DNA of 62,807 nt, the filler included, from Pirum gemmata (taxonomy: Eukaryota): the NCBI GenBank assembly GCA_002812295.1. It is 14 parts of 14 records of this genome, joined end to end, with 100 filler letters (N's around TTAATTAATTAA, not from the genome) between each part and the next. Parts side by side here need not be neighbours in the genome. Positions count along the whole stretch, not along the records: positions 8,919 to 13,279 come from PDIN01001226.1; positions 13,380 to 17,743 come from PDIN01001227.1; positions 17,844 to 22,226 come from PDIN01001228.1; positions 22,327 to 26,709 come from PDIN01001229.1; 10 more parts are not named here. One strand, 5' to 3'. The position numbers and the translations under genes are program-made. Of this stretch, positions 13,011-24,874 are shown piece after piece; within the stretch, counting starts at the first letter, position 1; the number at the start of each line of letters is the position of its first letter. The notes under the pieces are model-generated. The model was not told the origin of the DNA. It did no database searches and was given only the letters and a program-made list of their open reading frames with translations.

Positions 13011-13464
13011 AAAAGAACTAGATGTATTTTTGTAGACCAAATGAATAAACAGAAGAACTGAAGAAAAAAAAAACCTATGAGGCTTAGTATGATAATTATC
13101 CAATTCTAAACTATAATGATAATATAGTCTAGGCCCGGCCGGGGTCTATTAGATAATTATTTATAACTATTATCTAGTCTAGTCTATAGACCCGCGGGGT
13201 CTAGCTAGCTAGCTAGTGCTTTTCATTTATTTTGTCACTACGAATATTTATTTGGTTGTTTATAATATTTAAATTGATANNNNNNNNNNNNNNNNNNNNN
13301 NNNNNNNNNNNNNNNNNNNNNNNTTAATTAATTAANNNNNNNNNNNNNNNNNNNNNNNNNNNNNNNNNNNNNNNNNNNNTTTTTTTTTTTTTTTTTTTTC
13401 GGGGCGGATACCCTACTGGGAAATACTTTTCTATTTTTTTTTTCTTTTTTTCCGCGGCAAGTTC

Positions 13465-13709
13465 TGCCACATGAGCTCAAAAATACTTCAAAAATCCGCC
13501 ATAGAACTATGAGCTCAAATATCCGAAAAATCTCAAAATGCTGTAATTTTAATAAAGGTACTACCAAAATTTCAGAAATCGTCTAACTAAGAGAACTCTA
13601 TTATGAGGTTTTAAAAAATAATAAAAATAATTTGGCTAGTTGGAATCAAAGGTTTTAGAAAAGAAGTAAAAAAAAAAAATGATTTCTACAGTTTTTTCCG
13701 GCTTGCCTG
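13465..13709. mobile_element. MITE family C copy (left end degenerate)
   Basis: GAGCTCAAAA...GGTACTACCAAAATT...TACAGTTTTTTCCGGCTTGCCTG|TTAA matches the copies at 38758, 55568 and 62513. Confidence 0.7.
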
Positions 13710-14939
13710 TTAAAAAAAAAAAAAAAATTATATTTTAGAGACCTAAATATAATATTATTATGACTATATTATGCCATAACAGCTCCATAGCTCCATAGAC
13801 TACCCACTGGGTAGTTGCAAAGAAAAAAAAACAACAGTAGACCTGGGTCTAATAAATAATGTAGCTGCTGCTAGCTAGTGTAGTATCAATGTATGGGATA
13901 GATAATAATAAGCAATGTAGGTATTAATCCGTATTATACATTTTTTTTTTATTTTCGCATGGTTCATGATGGCTGGCTCACCGACGAGTCACCGATGACA
14001 GTCATCATTGATCATTGACAGAGGATAGTCATTGTTGTGACGTGACTTTTCTGTTATTAGTGTTCTGTTTCACATCATATGATGTGGACTATAAGTGTGG
14101 CTCACCTCAGGCTCATTTCGATCATAAATAAATACACTACTATCATCATCTCTGGCATCAACTGGCTACTAGCTAGCTAGTAGTAGCTAACTAGTAGTAG
14201 ACCTGAGCTGGTATCTGATACCGGTATCATAATATCATATCGATAGGGTAGATCATCTGTTTTTTTTATTTATTAGACTATTATAAAAAACACAAATGAT
14301 AGTCTACTACTACCAGTCTACCACTTTAATATGTCTAATTAAAGTTCTAATTAAGTTCTATTAATCATCTGAATTTATCATCTAGAATTTATCATATAAT
14401 TTTATTGATTTTATTGATTTTTAATAAAAATGTCTATGTTATTTTTTTTTTAAATTATGTTATATGTTATGATACGTTCGTTGAAAATAATTAAATAAAA
14501 ATATTATCACTCACAATTTCACAAATGCGCAGTATACTCTTCGAATAACTGGGATAATACATAAAACGCTAATAATGAATATACTGTATTATTCTCCCAT
14601 TTGATTTTTCTTTTTTCAATTCATAATAGTAATCAGAACACCAACCATAACCAATACAACCCTTCTAAATAAACTGGCTTTCAAATACAAAGTACTCTAA
14701 AATACTTTTTTTATTGTATTATATTAATACTAGTTTATAACTTCATATAATATTATATAATAATATATATATATTAAAATTTAGTTATATGGTTATGATT
14801 CGGGTTAGGATTAGGGGTTAGGGTTAAAAGCTGATTATTATAGTATGACTAGGGTGAGTTTGATTATACATCAAAAACACTTCAATATTCATATAAAAAC
14901 AGAAATGAAACAAATGAAAACCGGTGATAATAATAAGTT

Positions 14940-15150
14940 GAATACGGTTACGGTTCGGTTTCGGTTAGGGAATAGGGTTAGAGTTAGGGGTTAGAGTTAG
15001 GGGTTAGAGTTAGGGGTCGGAGGTAAGGGTTAGGGTTAGGGATTAGGGTTAGGGATTAGGGTTAGAGATTAGGGTTAGGGATTATGATTACGGGTTAGGG
15101 TTACGGGTTAGGGTTAGGGGTTAAAGTTAGGGGTTAGAGTTAGGGTTAGG
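14940..15150 (+). repeat. Degenerate interstitial telomeric array (TTAGGG/TTAGAG/TTACGG variants)
   Basis: Run of TTAGGG-related hexamers and heptamers internal to the contig. Confidence 0.85.
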
Positions 15151-15652
15151 GACTGTCAGGAATACTTAGTGTTATTAGAGTTAAAAGTGGGTAAGTCTAA
15201 TATCACAAACCACTTCAAAAACCATGCATGTAAAACAAGAAATAAATGAAAAAATTTTCAGTGATAGAATCTATGTATCATAGTCTAGCTAGTATATGGG
15301 CTCTCGACTCCGCCTCTCATATATTGTATCATAGTTGTATGAACTTGTATCATACAAGCGATGTATATTTATATATTATATTATATCATATATATTATTA
15401 TAAATATAAATACAAATGGACCCCATTTTTATTTAGATTATGAATTGTAGTCTATATATATACTATCGGATAATATTATATCATCATATATGATATATAT
15501 ATGATATTTAATTATATATAGATTATATATAGTTTATATATACTAATTTAACTCATATTATTGACTCTATGACATAGTATAAAATCAGTAATAGTTCTCT
15601 ACTAGCTAGCTAGCTAGCTACAGCTGGCTACTAGCTAGCAGTTCTACTATCA

Positions 15653-15829
15653 TCGTCTATTTCATTACAGTTGTCCTTTCTATCTTTAATTTGGTACCGT
15701 TTAATTTTATAATTGAACTTTTTTATAAATATAAAATTACTATGTAAAATATCAAATTAATTAAAACATGACCAATTAATTATAATTTGGTTCAGTTTTT
15801 GAACCGGACAACACTATTGAAAAACACGA
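15653..15829. mobile_element. MITE family B copy (about 180 bp)
   Basis: TCGTCTATTTCATTACAGTTGTCC...GGACAACACTATTGAAAAACACGA imperfect TIRs. Near-identical full copy at 45068-45250. Confidence 0.85.
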
Positions 15830-17299
15830 TAGCTAGCTAGCTACTAGCTAGCTAGCTAGAGAGCTGGTGGTCTACCAGTTAGACTTTGAAAGAGATGACT
15901 CTGAGTCTCTGGCTGGCTAGCTAACTAGCTAGCTGTGAGTCTTCTTTTTGTGTTGTTGTATGCTGGTTGTATATAATAAAAGGATCTGAACTTCTGAAGG
16001 GAGAGCGCTTGTAAACAAGATTAGTAAACAAGGAGCCCATGAGAAGAAGGTAGTCTAGTGTAGTAGTAATATCCATGATAGGTCTCGAACTGTGTGTAAT
16101 AGTAGTATGATAGTGTGGTAGTATCATGATACTTCTAGTCTAGTAGTGGATGTCAGTAGTAGTAGGTGGATTGCACTTATAAAAATAAATATCTGATAGT
16201 AATTAATTTTAAGCGTGCTTGATACATTATTGTTGAGTTCATAATATAGTTAGGGGTCCGTTAGGGTGAGTATGGTCTCTTGCTTCAGCTCTAGGCTAGC
16301 TTCAGAACTTGCTAACTATCTAGTTAGCTACCCAGCTAGAGCTAACCCGTCGAAAACCCAACCTTTTCAATGTCAGTATTGTTCCCCGAAGTGAAACTAC
16401 TGTGAAACTAGCTGTGAAACTACACATTTTTGAACATACGGTAGACAAAACTGTAAGACTAGTTACATATCAACCCAAATATAGATAATAACTCCAACAA
16501 TATCCACAACAACGACTACAAGTCTACAACGCGCTAGCTAGAGCTAGCTAGCTAGACTACAACGCTATAACTCTAGGAACAAAGGTTCAAAACAAATATT
16601 TCTACAAAAGAACAATACAATTACTCATCATAGACTATATACTATGGTTTTATTATGAAAAATACAACAAATCACAACCAAATCATTAACTTGTACCAAG
16701 GTATTAGGAAACAAATCAACAAAACACAAGGGACTAAAACTGTAACCTACTGCTCCTCCTTTTTTTATATAAAGGAAAACAGGAACTATATAAAAAATAA
16801 TTTCTCTTTCTATGTATGAGTCTTGGTCTGACATATTTTTTTTTTTTTTTTTTTTTTGTGGGTCATAATTAAAAAAAAAATAAAAAAAAAAATAAAAAAA
16901 AAAAATAAAAAAAAGGTAAAAAAAAAAAATCATCTGAGCCATCATTGAAAAATGGAGAAAACTGAGACAGGCTAGCTAGCTTTAATAGCTAGTAGTAGTT
17001 ATCTACTAAACAGTCTCTAAACGTCTAAACACTGTCTAAACCTACTAAACAGCTAGCTAGTAGTACTAAACAGTTTACTAACTATCATAACAAAAAGGGC
17101 TCAAAAAAGGCTAGTCTAGACAAAAAAGGTTATGAAAAATTTAAAAGTTTCATCTTTTTTAGTAGCTGGTCTTTTCCTAGCTAGCTAGCTCTCTACTCTC
17201 GAGTCTCTACTAACTCTCTCTAGTCTACTCTCTAGCTAGGGGGGGGTCTAGCTACTAGTAGCTATCGATAGTCTATAAAGACATAATAATAAACTACTA

Positions 17300-17560
17300 T
17301 AAAACTGTAGAAATCTTTTTTTTTTTTTTTAGATTTCTTTTCTAAAAACTAGCCAATTTTTTTAAAAAAACTAACTATTGGTTCATAATAGAGTTTTCTT
17401 AGTTAGACGATTTCTCAAAATTTGGTAGTACTTTCTTTAAAATTGGAGCATTTTGAGATTTTGTGGATTTTTGAGCTCAGACCTACTACTAGCTAGCTAG
17501 CTAGCTAGTAGCTATTCTATGGCGGATGTCCTATCATTCGCCATTTTTATCCAGCTCGGT
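17300..17560 (-). mobile_element. MITE family C copy (reverse, degenerate, interrupted by a CTAG run)
   Basis: AAAACTGTAGAAATC...TTTTGAGCTC...GCCATTTTTATCCAGCTCGG is the reverse complement of the family C layout. Confidence 0.65.
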
Positions 17561-18059
17561 ATCAGGGTCTATCATAGTCTAAAAAAAAAAAAAATTCTCG
17601 CCAACCCTAAGTCCCCTAACCCTAACCCTATCCATATATTATTATTATTATTATTATTATTATTGGTATTATTATTATAATTATTACTATTATAATTATT
17701 ATTTTTATTATGATGATGATAATTATTATTACTATTATTACTANNNNNNNNNNNNNNNNNNNNNNNNNNNNNNNNNNNNNNNNNNNNTTAATTAATTAAN
17801 NNNNNNNNNNNNNNNNNNNNNNNNNNNNNNNNNNNNNNNNNNNTAATAATAATAATAATATAATGATAATAATGATAATAATGATAATGATAATAATAAT
17901 AAAAATAATTAAATACTCTTAAAAATTTTGAAATTCAATTGACCCCCTCCCCCCATAATGTATTCATATTTTAATGTTTCAATATATAGAGATATCCTTG
18001 GGTTGAATTTGCCGAAAATGCCCATACAGGACGCTCTACACTTTTTTTAAAAGAGAAGG

Positions 18060-19720
18060 TTATCATAATTAATTATTGCTATTATCACCATTTTCACCAT
18101 TAATATTACTACTATTATTACTATGACTACTATGACTACTATTACTACTATTACTGCTGTAACTACTATGACTACTATAATTATTTGGCTGTTATGGCTA
18201 CTATGACTACTAATATGGCTACTATGACTACTAAGACTATTGTAACTACAGGAAGGGTGACACCACACCCCTCCAATATGACTCTGAAATTTTCATTTTC
18301 CGCTGCGGCTGTGGCTTACTGTTTATAGTAAAAATAAACTATTTAAAGTAACTTGAGTTACTATATTAAGACTTTTTCAAAAGGCAAATTATTTACTATT
18401 TATGGTTTACAATTTACTTAATTGGGAAGCCGTAAATGGTTGCGGGTTGCGAAATTAGTGCCAATTTAAGAGCTCATTTACTTATAGGACTCTTATAGGT
18501 GTCACCCCTCCTGTAACTACTATACCTAACTACTATGACTATTATTATTACTATGATTACTAAGATTACTGTGCTTACTATAATTGCTATGATTACTATG
18601 ATTACTAAGATTACTAAGATTACTAAGATTATGAGTACTCTTATTGCTACTATTACTACTATAACTACTATAAGTATTATGATTATTATGACTTTTTTGA
18701 CTATTATAATTATTATAAGTAATATGGGTAATATGATAACTAAGATTGCTATAACTACTATGCCTACACTATGACTACTGTAACTACTATGACTGCGATG
18801 ACTACTATAACTACTAAAGCTACTATAATCATTTACTATGACTACTATGACTATTATTTTCACTATTATTACTATTATTACTATAATTACTATAATTACT
18901 ATAATTACTATAATTACTATAATTACTATAATTACTATAATTATTATGATTGCTATAATTACTTTGATTGTTATTACTACTATTACCACAATAATTACTA
19001 TAATTATTATGATTGCTATAATTACTTTGATTGTTATTACTACTATTACCACAATAACTACTACTATGACTATTATGACTACTATGACTATTATGACTAC
19101 TATGACTATTATGACTATTATGGCTATTATGACTATTATGACTATTATGACTATTACGACTATTACGAGTAACATGACTGCTATGACTATTATGACTATT
19201 ATGACTATTATGACTATAATCACTTACTATGACTACTATGACTACTATGACTATTTTTACTATTTTTACCATAATTACTATAATTACTATAATTACTATA
19301 ATTACTATAATTACTATAATTACTATAATTACTATAATTACTATAATTACTATAATTACTATAATTACTATAATTACTATAATTACTATAATTACTTTGA
19401 TTATTACCACAATAACTACTATAACTACTATAACTACTATGACTATTATAACTATTATAACTATTATGACTATTGTGACTATTATGGCTATTATGACTAT
19501 TATGAGTAATGTGAATGATATGACTATTATGACTATTATGACTATCATGACCATTATGACTATAATCACTTACTATGACTACTATGACTATTATTTTTAC
19601 CATTATTACTATTATTACTATTATGACTATTACGCCTACTATGACTATTATACCTACTATGCCTATTATGCCTACTATGCCTACTATGACTGCTATGACT
19701 GCTATGACTGTTATGACTGA
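18060..19720. repeat. Long 9-bp-unit minisatellite (ACTATAATT / ACTATTATG / ACTACTATG variants) with higher-order duplicated blocks
   Basis: Directly visible; produces overlapping low-complexity ORFs on both strands. Confidence 0.9.
18249..18513. mobile_element. MITE family F (265 bp), TA-flanked, CAGG termini, Tc1/mariner-like
   Basis: TA|CAGGAAGGGTGACAC...GTGTCACCCCTCCTG|TA, a 15-bp TIR with one mismatch, inserted in the minisatellite. Relatives at about 60080-60500, 36501-36718 and 32133-32162. Confidence 0.85.
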
Positions 19721-20065
19721 CAATATTTATAGTCTCAATTTTCTCTTAGCTGCTGTGAAAGACATATTTTTAAAATTATTATTATTTTTCCTTGCCCATA
19801 CAATATGTTTATATTAAAAGGCTAAAAAGTGGAATATGGTCATCGTGTCACCTATTTTAGAAGATGATGAAGTACATGGCTGTTTGTGGAATACTGCAGT
19901 GGTCATTTCTAATACAGGTGTGCTATATTTTCTTAATTACTTCTAATGTTAATACTTCATTCTTTTCACCTCTTATTGTTGCGAAAGATCAAACATGTTC
20001 TTTTCAGTTCGGAAGTAAGAAACTGGAATTCGGTTCAAACCAAAACAAAACAAAAAAAACAAAAA

Positions 20066-20114
<49 letters not shown>

Positions 20115-20131
20115 AAAAAAAAAAAAAAATT

Positions 20132-20141
20132 AGTATATAAA
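20132..20141 (+). promoter_or_regulatory. Candidate TATA box AGTATATAAA of the 20313 gene
   Basis: About 170 nt upstream of the ATG. The same 10-mer lies upstream of the 70-aa secreted ORF (49241-49250, minus strand). Confidence 0.4.
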
Positions 20142-20312
20142 CCACATAATTCTTTCTCCCATTATTTTACTTTATATTATTAATAAATTAAAATTAAAAT
20201 AATAATAATAGTAACAATAATAATAATAATATTAATATTAATAAGAATAATAATAAACGAAACGATAAACAAAACAAAACAAAGCAACAAAAAAATAAAA
20301 AAACAAAAAAAA

Positions 20313-21284
20313 ATGCAAATGATTATAAGCGTTGTTCTTGCTGCAGTAAGCGCAAGTTATATTAGCAAGGATGTAAATGCTTTACCTACGGTTAAAACTT
20401 TTAACCAGAATGATGGCATCACTGTATATAATAACGTTGGCATCAATAATTATAATGATAATGTCATTAACTCTAAATCTGATTTAAAACTGGACCGCGT
20501 ATCAGAATCGAATTCGCTCTTTGTGAGAAAACGCAGAACATTTACAACAAAACATTTAAAATTAAACAGTATTAACCAACTATCAACCCAACTTGACTAT
20601 GTATTTAATCTTGCTGAACAAAAATACCAAGAATGGTACGAAAACTATAGAGCAAACGTATATCCAGATGCTGCAATTGATTTACCAGAAGATTATTTTG
20701 CTAGTTTGAAAAAATTGTTTAAATATTTTGAACTTTTAAAATTAGAACAATTTCATGTGATGGGGTCGGATGAAAAACTTACAAAGAAAATTCTTAAAGA
20801 TAATGTTCCAATAATTACTCTTGAAGAAAAAAAACAGTTTTTTAAACAACAGAAGCGTAAGATTTCAAAAGAAATAACTCAGGCTTTAAAACGTGAAATA
20901 GCTTGTAAAACTACAAGTATACTTGAGTCTATAACGGAAAACAGAGAAGATGCTCAACGCTTAGGAGCTGATGGGTTGGCCAATATGTATTGGATTGAAG
21001 GCTACATACTCACTTTTCAGGATTTATACACAAATACCAACAATCCTGATAACCCTAGTATTATTGGGTCCTTTAGAAGACAGGCTATGATGGAAATCGA
21101 GACTATTAAACAGCAATTGATACCAGTAATAAATGTTGCTTTACAAATAGAACCAGAGGGAGTAGAGACAATAAACATTGACCAACTAACTGGTTTATTG
21201 TTGAGTAATTTTGATGCAGATGAACCAGAAATAGAAGATGATTTATTGTTGGGTGATGAACCAGAACTAGAAGATGGTTTGTAA
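20313..21284 (+). CDS. Intronless secreted precursor protein, 323 aa, unknown family (signal peptide, pro-region ending RKRR, acidic tail)
   Basis: Long non-repetitive ORF with a real ATG after an A-rich leader; hydrophobic N-terminus MQMIISVVLAAVSA; basic cleavage motif LFVRKRR; D/E-rich C-terminus. Confidence 0.85.
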   Translation: MQMIISVVLAAVSASYISKDVNALPTVKTFNQNDGITVYNNVGINNYNDNVINSKSDLKLDRVSESNSLFVRKRRTFTTKHLKLNSINQLSTQLDYVFNLAEQKYQEWYENYRANVYPDAAIDLPEDYFASLKKLFKYFELLKLEQFHVMGSDEKLTKKILKDNVPIITLEEKKQFFKQQKRKISKEITQALKREIACKTTSILESITENREDAQRLGADGLANMYWIEGYILTFQDLYTNTNNPDNPSIIGSFRRQAMMEIETIKQQLIPVINVALQIEPEGVETINIDQLTGLLLSNFDADEPEIEDDLLLGDEPELEDGL

Positions 21285-21397
21285 CTTTGAAGAAGAGATG
21301 AAATATGTTATGTTTTATTAAAATTTATATTATATAATAAGTTAATTATAATTGTTTTGACCCTTGTTTTGAATTTGTGAATATTCTCAATTATATA

Positions 21398-22226
21398 TTT
21401 GGACATAATTTATAATAAAAGCCATTATGCCTACATACGATTCTTTTATTGATTTCAGTATTGTGCTTTTCAGTTGTTTTGTCATCAGAAATTAAAATTT
21501 ACAATAAAGAGTACCAAATAAATACCATATAAATCCATTTTATTTAATTTGGTATATTTTATTATCTATATAATTATTTAAAAGTATCAATTTAAATATT
21601 ATAACCCACCAAATAAATATTCAGAGTGGCAAAATAAATGAAAAGCACTATACTAGTCATAACATATTATGCATAGCTAAAATGTTAAATGTCATCATCA
21701 TAATTAATTAATCAGTTAATTATAATCTATGGGGAAAATAATAAAAATACCAATAAAAGAAAACTAATAACCAAATAAAGGAAAACTAAGACTTTTTAAC
21801 CATGTTTAGTAATATAAAACCATAAAAATAAGACTTGAAATTCCTATTTATTAAGACACCTGGATTTCTTAATTGCGTAGATATTTCCCAATTGGACATA
21901 ATTTATATATAATAAAAGCCATTATGCCTCAATACGAGTCTTTTATTGATTTCACTACTAGTCATAACGTCAACATATTATGCATAGTTAAGCCATAGAA
22001 TTTAAAAGCTTACAAGTCGTCATCATAATTAATTAATCATCCTTTTTAGAAGTTGATTATACTCTATATAATTATATATAATTGTTAACCCTTATTATGA
22101 ATTTGTGATTTTCCCCAATTGGACATAATTTATATATAATAAAAGCCATTATGCCTCAATACGAGTCTTTTATTGATTTCACTACTAGTCATAACGTCAA
22201 CATATTATGCATAGTTAAGCCATAGA
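21398..22226 (+). repeat. Three-copy local repeat (TTGGACATAATTTAT...CATAGTTAAGCCATAGA); the first copy is interrupted by a family A MITE
   Basis: Copies start near 21399, 21892 and 22119. Confidence 0.85.
21461..21650. mobile_element. MITE family A copy (190 bp) with TA target-site duplication shown by an empty site
   Basis: Filled site GATTTCAG-TA[TTGTGCTTTTC...GAAAAGCACTA]TA-CTAGTCATAAC versus empty paralogous site GATTTCAC-TA-CTAGTCATAAC at about 21956. Confidence 0.92.
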
Positions 22227-22403
22227 NNNNNNNNNNNNNNNNNNNNNNNNNNNNNNNNNNNNNNNNNNNNTTAATTAATTAANNNNNNNNNNNNNNNNNN
22301 NNNNNNNNNNNNNNNNNNNNNNNNNNTGTTCTTATTGTTCTTATTGTTCTTATTGTTGTCGTTCTTGCTGTTGTTCTTGTTCTTGTTCTTGTTCTTGTTG
22401 TTA

Positions 22404-22443
<40 letters not shown>

Positions 22444-22473
22444 GAAACACCAAAAATTGAAATAAAGGTAAAC

Positions 22474-22680
22474 CTCTTTCGGATTTGTCAAATGCATGTG
22501 CTCATCAAAATGTGCTCGAACACTTAAACAATCGGCTCTGTAATCCTCAAAAGCCGTATTCCAATTCCTTGCTTCGCGCAGGCCCTGACGATACATTCGC
22601 ATTACTGTTTGTTGATGAGTTAAGGTTTCTGGTGGGTTCATAAAAAAAACCTTTTTCCCCGCTTTATATCCCCAAGACAT
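22474..22680 (-). CDS. NDUFB9: NADH:ubiquinone oxidoreductase subunit B9 (B22, LYR-motif family), first coding exon; rest lost at the contig end
   Basis: LTHQQTVMRMYRQGLREARNW...DYRADCLSVRAHFDEH matches the NDUFB9 pattern [21 protein letters not shown]...MRARFEEH. 69 codons, then donor GTTTAC at 22473. Confidence 0.85.
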
Positions 22681-23083
22681 GATTTTATTTGGCTATAAAA
22701 ACAATAAATAAAATTAATTTATTAAATTCATTATACATGCATTACACAAAATAATAAGTATTATTGTTATTAGTCAACAAGATCTGTAAAAATATAAATC
22801 AAATAATCTGAAAAGGGAAAGAATAATTAACACTAATGATGAGAATAATAGTATGTAATAAATAATAAACAAAATAATGATGGCAAGGAGCAAGTAACAA
22901 CAATAATGATACAAAAATTATAATAAAAGTAACATTCAAAATAATAATAATAACAGACACTGAACATTAAATAAACCAAATAATACGTTTGTAGACAGTA
23001 AGTTGCTCAAACGAAAAGGTAAGAAAGAGTACACTACATAAATAAAAGATTGTGTAAATAATAATAATAATAGACCGGGGTCA

Positions 23084-23116
<33 letters not shown>

Positions 23117-24874
23117 TAATAAATAACAATAAATAATAAATAATAAATAATAAATAATGAATAATGAATAATAAAATTTAATAATAGTAATAAATAATAA
23201 ATAAATAATATCAATAATAAATAATAAACAATCGGGCCTAAACAATCAATGAGTAGTAAAATTTAATAATAGACTATCAGATATCATAATAATAATAATA
23301 GTCTAGAGCTTAGTCTAATAAAATAAAGTAGTCTAATAGTCTAATAAAATAATAATATGAAAGTTAAAAGTATCAAATTAAAATTACAATTCAAGTTTTT
23401 ATTAATTTGGAATCCTATAGTTTTTGTTTGTTTTTATAATTAAGCTCAATTACAATATAAACAGTATCAAATTAAAACTCGCAATTATTTCTAGCTCCAC
23501 TCTAGCTACAGTCTAGCTAGAAGCTCCACTCTAGCTAGCTAGCTAGCTAGGTCCGCTAAGCAGTAGCTTCTAGCTAGCTAGCCTAGCTGGAGCTATCAAT
23601 TAGAGGATAGCCCCGCAGGTCTAGCTAGCTAGTAGCTAGTAGGCCCTCTACCTAGCTAGTGTGCATACTTTTATCAATACCCTAACCCTATCGATAACTA
23701 ACACTTAAAACTAACCCTAACTACTAGCTAGCTAGCTAGCTTACTACTCTAGCTAGCTAACTAGAGAGGACTACTGTAGCTACTAGAGCAAGAGCTTCTA
23801 GTAGTCTCTACTAGTAGCTAGCTAGCTGGCTAGAAGGGCATCACTTATTATTGTTTGATAGAAGTCATTGCTCGAAAGTGTGACTTAAACTGTTTTAGGC
23901 ATAATTAATTAATTATTAAAATGAACTTTAAAATTATGACCAAAAGTGTTTTGGACAAAGAGGCATAGGTATTATGTGACGTCCTTTATGGATGGTTCCC
24001 TCCCTATTCCCTAACAGTTCCCGCCTGTTACCCTAACCCTCTAACGTCAAGTCTATCCCTGAGTACTCAGCTACTAGCTAGCTAGCTAGCTAGCTCTAGC
24101 TAGAGCTATTATTGGATCTGAGCAAAGACTCCATGAAAAAACTAGTCTTGATCTGATTATATATATAGTTCTACGAGCTGTTCTACGTATAATTTGTATA
24201 AAATGTTATCCGGTACTTTTTATATTATTATAATAATATATGATAATATTACACTACTAAACATACTATTTTATAAACAGATTTTATATAATATTATGAT
24301 TTCGAATTTTCGACACTAATAATATTAAAAACATATATATTATCATATGATACTATATCAGATATATATATATATATCATCATATTATCATTCATTCCAG
24401 GCCCTCCAACCTGATCCAGCCCTGATCCACCTCAAAGCATTATTATAACTTCTCGGTACATCGTAGGTAGATGTATAATATCGATAATAAGTGTTTTCAA
24501 TAAAATTAATATCTCTCTTTACTTTGTGTATATTATATATGGTAATATACCTTTGAAAATTTCAACAGTAATATAATATTATATCTTGTAAACCTATATA
24601 TATTATATTGTAATTGGAACTGTAATTCGTATGATAAAATTGATACTATATTAAATAAAAAAAATAAATACCAGCGATAAACAGGATTTTACTGAAAGAA
24701 GAGTACAAAAACCAGCAAGTGTTATTAGGTAATAAAGGAAAAGTAAAAAAAAAAAAAAAATCAAGTCTATGAAGACCACAACCAACGCGACCTAAATTAT
24801 AAAATGGTGATGGTAATAATAGTATCTATGATAAACTCAATAGTTATCTGTCACTATATATAAGAAATTGTACA

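Noticed and set aside
18474..19723. Long ORFs of IIV/MTI/YYN/SHN repeats
   Set aside because: Artefact of a 9-bp array lacking stops in several frames; no unique sequence.
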